Below, one piece after another: positions 41,336-50,260 of a stretch of 64,000 bases of DNA (its first letter is position 1; the number at the start of each line of letters is the position of its first letter). The position numbers and the translations under genes were made by a program. A model generated the notes under the pieces. The model worked only from the letters and a program-made list of their open reading frames with translations, searched no databases and was not told the DNA's origin. Source of the DNA: Salinispira sp. GTDB taxonomy: Bacteria > Spirochaetota > Spirochaetia > DSM-27196 > Salinispiraceae. The DNA is taken from assembly GCA_965602015.1 (NCBI GenBank), contig OZ271918.1, positions 1,696,001 through 1,760,000 on the forward strand. Reading direction: 5' to 3'.

Positions 41336-41944
41336 TTAAAATCCTATTTCATTTTCTAGGTGATGTAAGATCATTTCGATTTGATACATTAAATATTGCT
41401 CAGGATGATCCAATGCTATCTCAATATAGTTTTCATCAAAGTTTTCCCTAGTTAAAATTACCTCGCTCATCATTGAATTTGTTCTAATATCCAATAAATC
41501 ATTTTTCAGCTTTAGCAATTTATTTTTGTCATACCTGATGAGATATTGAACTGCAAACTTATTTGCGTCTAACTCCATTTCATATGGTGATAATTCCCAT
41601 ATATCATTCTGCACTTGAATGTAATGACCAAATTCATGAGCAATAAAAAACCAATTAAAGAGATCATGAAATATCTCGGGATCGGTTAGATTTGATGAAA
41701 TAAATTGCTTCTGCTCAGTGTTCAGTTCATTATATTTGGGTACCACAATAGTATTACTTGCTCTGTCATAGAATATTAGGAGATCTGTCGTTCGAAATTC
41801 TATTTTTGGAATGTCGCTGTACCCAATTTCGGATAAATCTTCGTTCAGTGAATTATATAGCCTTTTTGACTCGCTTAAATATGTGCATGACGTGATTGAA
41901 ATGATAATGATCAATAATCCCATGATAATTTTTATCCATTTCAT
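41336..41944 (-). CDS. Cassette 7: lipoprotein with HExxH metallopeptidase motif
   Basis: MKWIKIIMGLLIIIISITSC lipoprotein signal; AHEFGH...ELDANKFA. Confidence 0.7.
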   Translation of the reverse strand: MKWIKIIMGLLIIIISITSCTYLSESKRLYNSLNEDLSEIGYSDIPKIEFRTTDLLIFYDRASNTIVVPKYNELNTEQKQFISSNLTDPEIFHDLFNWFFIAHEFGHYIQVQNDIWELSPYEMELDANKFAVQYLIRYDKNKLLKLKNDLLDIRTNSMMSEVILTRENFDENYIEIALDHPEQYLMYQIEMILHHLENEIGF

Positions 41945-41988
41945 TAAAAAAATCATATCAGTTTGGTCCAATACTTAATCTTTTGTCG

Positions 41989-42105
41989 ACATAACAACCA
42001 CTTAACCTGTGAGCCGTACGTTGGCATGGAGTTTGCCCTGCCCTTCAGGGCAGGACAAGCAAACTCCATGCCAATAGGCGAATCAGGCTGAAGTGCTTGT
42101 TATGT
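41989..42105 (-). repeat. attC site
   Basis: ACATAAC...GTTATGT with conserved arms. Confidence 0.93.
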
Positions 42106-42168
42106 AGCTCCTTTTTCATCAGCGCAACCTGTACTACTGACTTTTTTTATTTCTGCTAATGGCAGCGC

Positions 42169-42723
42169 TTATAAGTTAGTCAAATAATTCTCATTTTGGT
42201 TCTTAATTAAGTAATTGAGTACACTAGTTTCCCTTATGATCCAAGGGAAGTTTCGATTTGCCCCCGGTTTCATTAGGGTTTTATTTTTCTGAAATGCATA
42301 GTTTGGTGATACCCATACAGGCACGATTTGGTACTCTTGTTCCATCTTTGTCAGATTAACTTCATCGAATTTATCCATATATACTGTGCTCACATAGAAG
42401 TAAGAAATCATATGAAAATAATCATACTCCGGCAGAAACGATGTTCTAAATTCCTCGGTGATTAACGCTAAATCGCGAATTTCCTCTATCCTATATCCCG
42501 TCTCTTCATTTATTTCACGAATCAATGTCATTTCATTTGTTTCGCCTGATTCTTGGCCGCCACCAGGGAAACTGTATTCGCCAAATTTATTTGACTTGAT
42601 TAAAAGCAATTTTGAATCAGATTTATCGAATATGATTCCACGGATGCTTTTGTATGATGCTATTTTAATTTTCGAGTCATTCGGATCAGGGAAATCTACT
42701 TCCAAAAATGATAGTTTTTCCAC
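42169..42723 (-). CDS. Cassette 6: NUDIX hydrolase
   Basis: PGGGQESGETNEMTLIREINEETGY Nudix box. Confidence 0.92.
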   Translation of the reverse strand: MEKLSFLEVDFPDPNDSKIKIASYKSIRGIIFDKSDSKLLLIKSNKFGEYSFPGGGQESGETNEMTLIREINEETGYRIEEIRDLALITEEFRTSFLPEYDYFHMISYFYVSTVYMDKFDEVNLTKMEQEYQIVPVWVSPNYAFQKNKTLMKPGANRNFPWIIRETSVLNYLIKNQNENYLTNL

Positions 42724-42740
42724 TAAGTCTCCCTGAGTCT

Positions 42741-42840
42741 ACATAACAACCACTTAACCTGTGAGCCGTATATTGGCGCGCGTTTTTGCGAATGCAAAAA
42801 CCGTGACAATAGGCGAATCAGGTTGAAGTGCTTGTTATGT
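42741..42840 (-). repeat. attC site
   Basis: 100-bp form. Confidence 0.93.
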
Positions 42841-43266
42841 AGTCCTTCCTTTTTCACTTATAATCTCAATCGCTTCACGAGCAGTATAGATTTGAGTCTG
42901 AGATTTCGAAAAATCCTTAAAATTCCTGGTAATAATCCAATCCAGTTCTTCCCTCTTCGACAATTCATCGATTACTGCATCTTCATAGTCTTTGATATCT
43001 GAATCCAATGCTCTTCGTAGGGTCGATTCATTTGGAGAAAGTACTGAGAGGTTGTCCAGCAGATTATTTATAATTTTATTTCTTTTATTTATCGTTGCTT
43101 TGTCTTTGTCAAGGAAATATGACAACGTGGTGATTTCATGCGCTGCGATATATCCCTTAATTATTTTCCTGCTACATAAGTCATAGATCATTAATGCTGC
43201 TTGATGATCCATTCTCTTATTGAGCATATCTATAATTATATTTAAATCAATTAATACTCTTTTCAT
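42835..43266 (-). CDS. Cassette 5: PIN-domain toxin
   Basis: LIDLNIIID, DYEDAV, IITRNFKDF. Confidence 0.9.
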   Translation of the reverse strand: MKRVLIDLNIIIDMLNKRMDHQAALMIYDLCSRKIIKGYIAAHEITTLSYFLDKDKATINKRNKIINNLLDNLSVLSPNESTLRRALDSDIKDYEDAVIDELSKREELDWIITRNFKDFSKSQTQIYTAREAIEIISEKGRTT

Positions 43267-43489
43267 GGAATTCCTTTCTCATTTCATCTTTGTCTGGGAC
43301 TTGATTTGATTCAAGAATTCCATAAATTTCTTTTGCTGATGAGGATATTTTTGAGGTGTCAATTTCTCTTTTCAAATTTAAAAAATATTTTTCGACGATA
43401 TTGGAAATCGATTGATGTGTTTTCTTAGAATATTCATGTGCAAAATCTATTAACGATTCGTCCACGTTTAGTGTAAGTTTTTTATTCAT
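43247..43489 (-). CDS. Cassette 5: RHH antitoxin (DUF6364-like)
   Basis: MNKKLTLNVDESLI...SISNIVEKY. Confidence 0.85.
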   Translation of the reverse strand: MNKKLTLNVDESLIDFAHEYSKKTHQSISNIVEKYFLNLKREIDTSKISSSAKEIYGILESNQVPDKDEMRKEFHEKSIN

Positions 43490-43496
43490 GGTAACC

Positions 43497-43534
43497 TCAC
43501 GTACAAATATATATTAATATTACGTGATTTTCAA
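43497..43534 (-). promoter_or_regulatory. Putative promoter and operator of cassette 5 TA
   Basis: TTGAAA-N17-TATATT; inverted repeat TCACGTA (43497) / TACGTGA (43521). Confidence 0.6.
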
Positions 43535-43613
43535 TATGGAAAAACTAATGGCCATTTCGTCCGACATACTTCTCTTGTTGCATGGGTTTTTCCAAGAGCA
43601 GATTTTTGGATCT

Positions 43614-43726
43614 ACATAACAACCACTTGAGCGGCGAGCCGTTATTGGCGTGGAGTTTGCCCGCCGCAAGGCGGATCAGCAAACTCCATGACAATAGGCG
43701 AGTCCGTCTCGAAGTGCTTGTTATAT
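43614..43726 (-). repeat. attC site
   Basis: ACATAAC...GTTATAT with conserved arms. Confidence 0.93.
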
Positions 43727-43750
43727 GCCGCCTCGACTACTCATACATAA

Positions 43751-44245
43751 TTACATTACTAAATCATCCAAATCAATTTCAAAATAGCTCATATCTAATT
43801 CATCATACATATATTTAAATCCAACTTTTTCGAGAACTCTTTTGCTAGGCAAATTCCTCGATGTTGTATCCGCAAAAATTTTCGAAAGTCCAAGGCTAAT
43901 TTTTGCAAAACCCAAAATTAACCGTTCAGCTTGAGTTCCAATTCCAAGATTTTTGTATTTATCATTTGCCAAAATAATGCTTAGGGTTGCTGTTTGTTTT
44001 TGGTAGTTAATTTTTTTTAGTTGGATTTCGCCTACAACTTCAGAATAGAGAAAGACACCAAAGACTCTCCGATTTGGGTCTGAAATTTTTGATTTATAAT
44101 ACGAGTCAACACTTTCAGAATCATAATGAAAGACTTGATTCGTCATTAACGGATCTGCCACGTATCTTAAATAAAAGTCATGACAATTCTCCAGGGTATA
44201 TGGTTGAATAGAGATATCCTGAATTTGCCATCTTGAATCAATCAT
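43751..44245 (-). CDS. Cassette 4: GNAT (RimJ/RimL-like) acetyltransferase
   Basis: YKNLGIGT, NLPSKRVLEKVGF. Confidence 0.88.
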   Translation of the reverse strand: MIDSRWQIQDISIQPYTLENCHDFYLRYVADPLMTNQVFHYDSESVDSYYKSKISDPNRRVFGVFLYSEVVGEIQLKKINYQKQTATLSIILANDKYKNLGIGTQAERLILGFAKISLGLSKIFADTTSRNLPSKRVLEKVGFKYMYDELDMSYFEIDLDDLVM

Positions 44246-44286
44246 AGTTTGACAGCAGTTTCCTGAATGATATTTCTGGAGTGTGC

Positions 44287-44386
44287 ATATAACAACCACT
44301 TAACCTGTGAGCCGTACATTGGCGCGTGTTTTTGCGAATGCAAAAACCGTGACAATAGGCGAATCAGGTTGAAGTGCTTGTTATAC
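44287..44386 (-). repeat. attC site
   Basis: Same as 24082-24181. Confidence 0.93.
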
Positions 44387-44426
44387 GGCATTTTATCATC
44401 TTTTTAGTATTTTGATTATTATTTAT

Positions 44427-44831
44427 TTAATTTGAGATCAATTTAAGCCCATCAGTTACATACTGTTGGATTTTCTTGTCGTGTGAAATTAGTGTATATC
44501 CAGATTCAATCGCCTGCCAGACTAACATTCGATCAAACGGATCTTTATGGTTTTCTTTTTTGGGTAAGCGATAATACGAAGTCAAAATCTCATTGGAGAT
44601 CTCAGAAATTTCAAACCCCGATTTTGATATTTGGATCAATAATTGATCAGGATTGAGATCCCCCAAATCGAGTTTACCAAGAGAATATTTAATTGAAATT
44701 TCCCATAAACTTATTCCCGACACGAATTTCTGATCTGAGGATGATTCCAAAATCTGGAGAATTTCTTTTGATAAGTTTTCGGGGTTGAAAAGTGTCCAGA
44801 GTAGGATGTGGGTATCAACTAGATACATCAT
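44427..44831 (-). CDS. vapC: Cassette 3: VapC PIN-domain toxin
   Basis: Protein identical to 24222-24626. Confidence 0.92.
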   Translation of the reverse strand: MMYLVDTHILLWTLFNPENLSKEILQILESSSDQKFVSGISLWEISIKYSLGKLDLGDLNPDQLLIQISKSGFEISEISNEILTSYYRLPKKENHKDPFDRMLVWQAIESGYTLISHDKKIQQYVTDGLKLISN

Positions 44832-45064
44832 TGGCCAATTAATTCTTCTTCAGTCATTTCGAAATCATTTGTGAATGCGATTTCGTGTTCTTTCAAGAGG
44901 CCAATTTTAACTGAATGATTTTGATTTAATTCAGAGATCGGAATTAACGCTGCAACGCTTTTTTTATTCCGGCCGTATGTGATTATAATTTTTTCTCCAG
45001 ATTCAACTTCTTTAAGAATTTCAGAAAAGTGTGTTTTAAATTCTCCAACGGCAAAGGTTTTCAT
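44828..45064 (-). CDS. Cassette 3: Phd/YefM antitoxin
   Basis: Protein identical to 24623-24859. Confidence 0.9.
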   Translation of the reverse strand: MKTFAVGEFKTHFSEILKEVESGEKIIITYGRNKKSVAALIPISELNQNHSVKIGLLKEHEIAFTNDFEMTEEELIGQ

Positions 45065-45134
45065 AGATTAATAATCTAATTATTTTGTCAACTTGTCAAG
45101 ATCGTTTTCTGAGAGTGAATCAAATTTTATGTCC

Positions 45135-45247
45135 GTATAACAACGCCTTGAGCGGCACGCCGTCAATTGGCGTGGAGTTTGCCCCGCGCAGCGGGAAAAG
45201 CAAACTCCATGACAATAGGCGTGTCCGTCTCGAAGCGCTTGTTATGC
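45135..45247 (-). repeat. attC site
   Basis: GTATAAC...GTTATGC with conserved arms. Confidence 0.92.
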
Positions 45248-46036
45248 AGCGACCTCTTTCCTCATGGTACTGCTGTTGCCCTTTATCATGAATCGAGTCA
45301 ACAAAAGCAAGATTCCAAGCAAAAAGATTGTGACTATCCATCGCATCATCGATGGAAAATCCAATGTATTTAAAAACAGGTCCCCAATATATCGAGAAGA
45401 TAAATTTACGATTCCATGAATTAGAATTGCGAAGTGAATTGAATAACCTTGAATAATAATCCAACCAAGAAAAAATCCTAATACAAGAGTAAATGAAATA
45501 AGGAGGATGGTGCCATGAATAAGTGCAAAACAGATTGTGGATACAATAAGCGATGTATATTTATAATTTTCGGTAAACGGCAGGACATCCCGAAAGATTA
45601 GCTCTTCAATAATTGGTGATAGGATCCCAATTGAGATCAGAGTGAATATTTTTCTTGTATTGTCTCCTGTGTCATACATTTGAATTATCTGGGATATTTC
45701 AATTTCAGCTTGTCCGGGAAAAAATATGTGTCCGATATTCCATGAAAATGAGATGAAGCTTATTCCCCAAAATAGCATAATCAATACCTGAAAGGGATCC
45801 ATCTCCGGTTTTTGAAATACATTCGAAAATAATCTTTTGCTTGGGAGCAATAGCATAAGAATTAGAAAGATAAATTTTCCAATAGCTACCCGTTCGGGAA
45901 ACTGTGAAGATGGATTGATGCTTATATTATATCCAGTATCATTTTGGGTAATTGTTGTGGATGCAAATACGAGAGTAAGAAAATATAAGAATACCAGGAG
46001 AAGCATGAATAGTAAGGGTTTTCCTGGAAATTTCAT
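45242..46036 (-). CDS. Cassette 2: CPBP (CAAX/Abi) intramembrane protease
   Basis: PIIEELIFR, FALIH, ILIHGIVN motifs. Confidence 0.9.
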   Translation of the reverse strand: MKFPGKPLLFMLLLVFLYFLTLVFASTTITQNDTGYNISINPSSQFPERVAIGKFIFLILMLLLPSKRLFSNVFQKPEMDPFQVLIMLFWGISFISFSWNIGHIFFPGQAEIEISQIIQMYDTGDNTRKIFTLISIGILSPIIEELIFRDVLPFTENYKYTSLIVSTICFALIHGTILLISFTLVLGFFLGWIIIQGYSIHFAILIHGIVNLSSRYIGDLFLNTLDFPSMMRWIVTIFLLGILLLLTRFMIKGNSSTMRKEVAA

Positions 46037-46069
46037 ACTCGGTGTATCCTATAAATCATTCTTGCGTCT

Positions 46070-46169
46070 GCATAACAACCACTTAACCTGTGAGCCGTAC
46101 ATTGGCGCGCGTTTTTGCGAATGCAAAAACCGTGACAATAGGCGAATCAGGTTGAAGTGCCTGTTATAT
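46070..46169 (-). repeat. attC site
   Basis: 100-bp form. Confidence 0.93.
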
Positions 46170-46570
46170 GGCCAAATCTTTCAACAACCAAGATCAGTTC
46201 CCTACACCTTGTTTCCAACCTTCGACCCGCTTTCAATTATGATCCACTAAACTACGCAGATTTTCAATAATCTCACCGAAGTAGCTGCGGGAGTGAGGGA
46301 AAAACCAGATTAACCCCCGGTCTACTTCTCGAATCCCCTAATCCAAACGAGAATCCAATTTCAAAACATTTCAGGATTCAACCTCCACCCCGATGTTACT
46401 TGCCGAGGGAATCACTTACATAATTCCAATCTTCCAGGGAAGCCCAAGCAAAAACACCAAAAATTTTCCAATCAGATTCGAGTAATAAAATGAAGAGCGA
46501 ATGATCTTTAAAGCCCGAAGAAGCCCGGTATTCAAGAAATTGTGAGAACATGAAACTTCGTCCATATAAC
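46170..46570 (-). other. Cassette 1: ORF-less cassette at attI
   Basis: No self-contained ORF; homologous to 32686-33084. Confidence 0.85.
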
Positions 46571-46620
46571 AACCCACTTATGCTGAAAACCCTTGCATGC
46601 TGAATTGTAGCATAACTCCG
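46564..46620 (-). other. Putative attI
   Basis: GTTATAT core at the boundary of homology with cassette 11, without attC arms; direct repeats ATGCTGAA at 46580 and 46597; lies upstream of intI. Confidence 0.75.
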
Positions 46621-46631
46621 AAAGCTGTGAA
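46604..46631 (-). promoter_or_regulatory. Candidate cassette promoter Pc
   Basis: TTCACA-N16-TACAAT with extended -10 TGn, pointing into the array. Confidence 0.5.
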
Positions 46632-46713
46632 AAGGTAGATAAGTCATTGCAGATATCTGGTTTTCTGCTTAAGTGCATTTTGAATCAAATCAGGAAAAAA
46701 ATCGGTTGGTTAG

Positions 46714-47973
46714 TTGATGAATAACCCAAAAGCAACCAAAAAAACAACTGCGCGCAGTTTCTCTGAGTATTTGCTTCGCGATCTGGGCCTTCAGGAGAAG
46801 GAAATACCACATTACATCAGGTGGGTCAAAATGTTCCGTCGCCATTGTGCCGATCACAAGCCTACAACTGAGCTTATCCAGGAATTCCTGCAACGGAAAA
46901 TGTCGGGCTTTGAAGGCTGGCAGATACAGCAAGCGAACAGGGCAATCCGCATTTATCTGCGACAGACTATGCCGGAAGTGTTTCGTTTTGCATTGGATGA
47001 ACCACAAGAAGCATGGCGAGAATTTATCGGGAAGACCAGAGACGAATTGCGCTTCCAGAACAAAGCATACCAAACGGAAAAATCATACCTCCGCTGGTTG
47101 GCCTCTTTCGGAGATTTTGTGAATAGAAAGCCTGTGAACGATCTTTGTGAGGGTGATGTAAAACGCTATCTAACATACTTGGCGGATAAAAAACGGGTGG
47201 CAAAGGCTACCCAAAATCAGGCGTTTAACGCCCTGCTTTTTGCCTTTCGGCATGTTTTAGGAATTTCAATTTCTAATCTTCAACACGTTATTCGCGCCCG
47301 GCACAGTTTGAGGCTGCCGGTTGTTCTGAGTAAGGATGAAATCTTATTGATCCTCGGCCAACTGAAAGAAAAACATCGACTCATGTGTCAGTTGATATAC
47401 AGCAGCGGCTTGCGAATTACCGAATTACTGTCCCTGAGAGTCAAAGATTTGGATTTTGATAATCAGCTGATTAATGTGCGTTCGGGAAAGGGTGATAAAG
47501 ACCGGCAGACCCTGCTTTCGGCCAGGCTCATTCCACAGCTCCAAAATCATCTACGGGAAGTTCGTTACTGGTATGAGTTGGACAGAAAAGAAGACCGAAA
47601 TGGAGTTGAGCTGCCAAAATCTCTTGAACGGAAATATAAAAATGCGGGAAAGGAATGGGGATGGTTTTGGCTTTTTCCTGCAAACAGATTGTCCATAGAT
47701 CCAAGAAGCGCCGTTGTCCGCCGATATCATGTGCTTCCCGGGGCCCTGCAAAAGGATTTTAAAACAGCGGTATTGCGCGCAAAAATCCCGAAGCAGGCCA
47801 GCGTTCATACCCTGCGGCACAGTTTTGCCACCCATCTTATCGAGACGGGGTATGATGTGAGGACAGTACAGGAGCTGCTTGGCCATTCCAATCTCAACAC
47901 AACAATGGTGTACACACATGTCGCGGCAAAAAACAAGTTAGGAGTAATTAGCCCGCTTGATAGCTTGTCATAA
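46714..47973 (+). CDS. intI: Integron integrase
   Basis: Tyrosine recombinase motifs SGLR, KGDKDR, HTLRHSFATHL, LGH...TMVYTH plus the IntI-specific insertion LPKSLERKYKNAGKEWGWFWLFP. Confidence 0.96.
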   Translation: MMNNPKATKKTTARSFSEYLLRDLGLQEKEIPHYIRWVKMFRRHCADHKPTTELIQEFLQRKMSGFEGWQIQQANRAIRIYLRQTMPEVFRFALDEPQEAWREFIGKTRDELRFQNKAYQTEKSYLRWLASFGDFVNRKPVNDLCEGDVKRYLTYLADKKRVAKATQNQAFNALLFAFRHVLGISISNLQHVIRARHSLRLPVVLSKDEILLILGQLKEKHRLMCQLIYSSGLRITELLSLRVKDLDFDNQLINVRSGKGDKDRQTLLSARLIPQLQNHLREVRYWYELDRKEDRNGVELPKSLERKYKNAGKEWGWFWLFPANRLSIDPRSAVVRRYHVLPGALQKDFKTAVLRAKIPKQASVHTLRHSFATHLIETGYDVRTVQELLGHSNLNTTMVYTHVAAKNKLGVISPLDSLS

Positions 47974-48081
47974 AAATCTGGCGCTGATTCGAAAATATTG
48001 GACAAATAGTCAGGGATTAACTAATTTTTAATATAGAAAAAATCACAAATCGTGTACCGAAAAAACTATTAGGATGTAAAA

Positions 48082-49902
48082 ATGAAAAAGAAGCGGTCAG
48101 TAGATATTAACACAAAAATCATCATTGGATTTAGCGGAATCCTTGTTTTAATGGTGGGTCTGGCGCTATTTGGGATAACCCGGGTCCTTCAGATAAACCG
48201 GGACCTCACAAGGATTAACGACGTTAATGCAGTAAAACAGCGCTATGCTATTAATTTTCGAGGCAGCGTTCACGATCGGTCCATCGACATCAGGGATGTA
48301 ATCCTCATCGAAAACGACCGAGCGCTTCTTGAATCGGTGTATGAAAATATTGACCGGCTCAAGGTCTTTTACGAGGACTCAGAAGATCCCCTCGACAGAA
48401 TTTTTGCTGAGGATCAAACAATTCTCGAAGTGGAAAGAAACGCCTTAACGAATATAAAACAGATAGAATCCAGGACAGAGCCGGTTGTGGAGGAGATTAT
48501 CCGCTTGCGCGAGAGCGGAGACATCGAGACAGCTCGGGAGCTGCTCCTGGAATCTGCAAGGCCTCTGTTTACGTCATGGTTGGACGCAATCAATGTGTTC
48601 ATCGATTATCAGGAGGAGCAGAATAATTTTATCGCGACCCGAACAAGGGAAATAGCCGACGGTTATGCTCGAATCATCCTTATTGCAACCGGTGCCGCCC
48701 TACTCGCCGGCGCTCTCCTGGCTTTATGGTCAATCCGCTCCATTATCCCTCTTAGAAATATTAACAGCGCTATTAGGGATATTTCCGAAGGGGATGGGGA
48801 TCTCACAAAACAGCTCGATGTACGATCTGATGATGAGGTCGGCCGGCTTTCCGATGAATTTAATCAGTTCATCGCTAATCTTCGGGGCATTATCTCTCAG
48901 GTAAAGGAGGGAAGTGAAAGTCTCGACAGCGTGAGTAGCGAATTAAAAAACCAGATGAGAGAAACCTCAGAGGCAGTGAGTGAAATATCCCGGGTAATGG
49001 ATCAACTCGAAAATGAAGTCACCAATACCCAGGCCGGCCAAGTATCCGAAGTATCGGCTACCGTAGAGGAAATCGCACAAAATACCGCTGCGTTATCCCA
49101 AGCGATTGAAAAACAGGCAAATACCATAGCAGACAGTACTGCCGCGGTACAGCAAATGATTGCGAACATTGCCTCAATTACCGACTTGCTTAGCAAAAGC
49201 TCTGAGCGCTTTGATTATCTCAAGGTGGTTGCCGATAAGGGGGCGGAGATTATCCAGCAGGTTAACAGAATGGTCGATGGCATCAGCAGTCAATCCGATG
49301 GTGTTTTAGAAACGAACAAGCTGATTAGCAACATCTCTGCTCAGACAAACCTTCTTGCAATGAACGCTGCAATCGAAGCGGCCCACGCCGGCGAGGCAGG
49401 CCGCGGTTTTGCCGTCGTCGCAGCGGAAATCAGGAATCTCGCCGAGAACTCAGCCCAGCAGTCCCGTTCGATTTCAGAAGTGTTGAAGACCCTGCAAACT
49501 TCGATTCACGACGTCGTCGACAAATCAGATGAAGCCGGAGAAGCCTTCGCCTCGGTTCAGGGTGCCATTGGGACTGTTGTAGACCTGCAGAAACAGGTAG
49601 AAGTGGCGATGCAGGAGCAAAGCGCGGGGAACAAGCAGGTCTTGGATTCTTTTCAGGTAATAACTGAGCTCACCGGCCAGGTACAGAATGGCAGCCGGGT
49701 CATGACAGAAGGCAGCGCAAAGATCCAAACAACCATGGGTAAACTGGTTGAAGGCTCCCGCCAGGTGGAGAGTCGCATAGACACCATCAATGGAAAAACG
49801 CGAAATATCGAACAGACCGTCAAAAATGTCGATCAGCTTTCTGAGAATGCCTTCGAACGGGCTAAGCAAGTGTCAAGTTCGGTGGGTCGCTTCATTCTGT
49901 AG
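48082..49902 (+). CDS. Methyl-accepting chemotaxis protein
   Basis: Two TM segments, four-helix sensor, HAMP (GDGDLT...DEVG), [27 protein letters not shown]. Confidence 0.95.
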   Translation: MKKKRSVDINTKIIIGFSGILVLMVGLALFGITRVLQINRDLTRINDVNAVKQRYAINFRGSVHDRSIDIRDVILIENDRALLESVYENIDRLKVFYEDSEDPLDRIFAEDQTILEVERNALTNIKQIESRTEPVVEEIIRLRESGDIETARELLLESARPLFTSWLDAINVFIDYQEEQNNFIATRTREIADGYARIILIATGAALLAGALLALWSIRSIIPLRNINSAIRDISEGDGDLTKQLDVRSDDEVGRLSDEFNQFIANLRGIISQVKEGSESLDSVSSELKNQMRETSEAVSEISRVMDQLENEVTNTQAGQVSEVSATVEEIAQNTAALSQAIEKQANTIADSTAAVQQMIANIASITDLLSKSSERFDYLKVVADKGAEIIQQVNRMVDGISSQSDGVLETNKLISNISAQTNLLAMNAAIEAAHAGEAGRGFAVVAAEIRNLAENSAQQSRSISEVLKTLQTSIHDVVDKSDEAGEAFASVQGAIGTVVDLQKQVEVAMQEQSAGNKQVLDSFQVITELTGQVQNGSRVMTEGSAKIQTTMGKLVEGSRQVESRIDTINGKTRNIEQTVKNVDQLSENAFERAKQVSSSVGRFIL

Positions 49903-50260
49903 CGATCTGGCTCTCATTATATCTCATATACCAGATGCAGTGATGCGGGATTGCACCTATATAGCGCCGAGTTCATCAGGTTGGTGATCATAGAGTAGTA
50001 TCCGACGTATCGATTGAAACCACTTTGATCATCATCTTTGAGAAGTTCGGGATAGTACCCGGTTTTCCTCACCGGAATAAGGTCCCTTCGTTCCATTCCT
50101 TTATACATGAACCGCAGCGGCATTGCGATAAACAACGGCGTAGTGTCCCAAAGAAGAAAGGCAAACACCGGTAAAAAATATGATTGCGGGAAAATCAATG
50201 CGGGATATACTGATGTGTCTTCTGCGAACGTAACCAATATCTGCATGTCGGAGGGGCTAG

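Larger units (their letters stand above)
18509..47973. other. Complete integron: intI + attI + 19-cassette array
   Basis: IntI divergent from co-oriented AT-rich ORFs separated by related imperfect palindromes with TAAC...GTTA ends. Confidence 0.95.

Noticed and set aside
20591..46169. Recurrent repeats as a CRISPR array or REP elements
   Set aside because: Repeats are 100-155 bp imperfect palindromes separated by whole genes, with RYYYAAC/GTTRRRY-like ends and an adjacent IntI; no cas genes.
23177..46250. Short + strand ORFs containing YNNHLTCEP...NRRIRLKCLL or similar
   Set aside because: They are translations through attC sites, not a protein family.
46396..46647. 83-aa ORF as the gene of cassette 1
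   Set aside because: It starts upstream of the attI crossover, outside the cassette, and no equivalent ORF appears in the second copy.
46621..46713. LexA box upstream of intI
   Set aside because: CTGT at 46625 has no matching ACAG at the required spacing; a lineage-specific box cannot be excluded.
49917..50246. 109-aa intergenic ORF
   Set aside because: No RBS or motif; likely spurious between two + strand genes.
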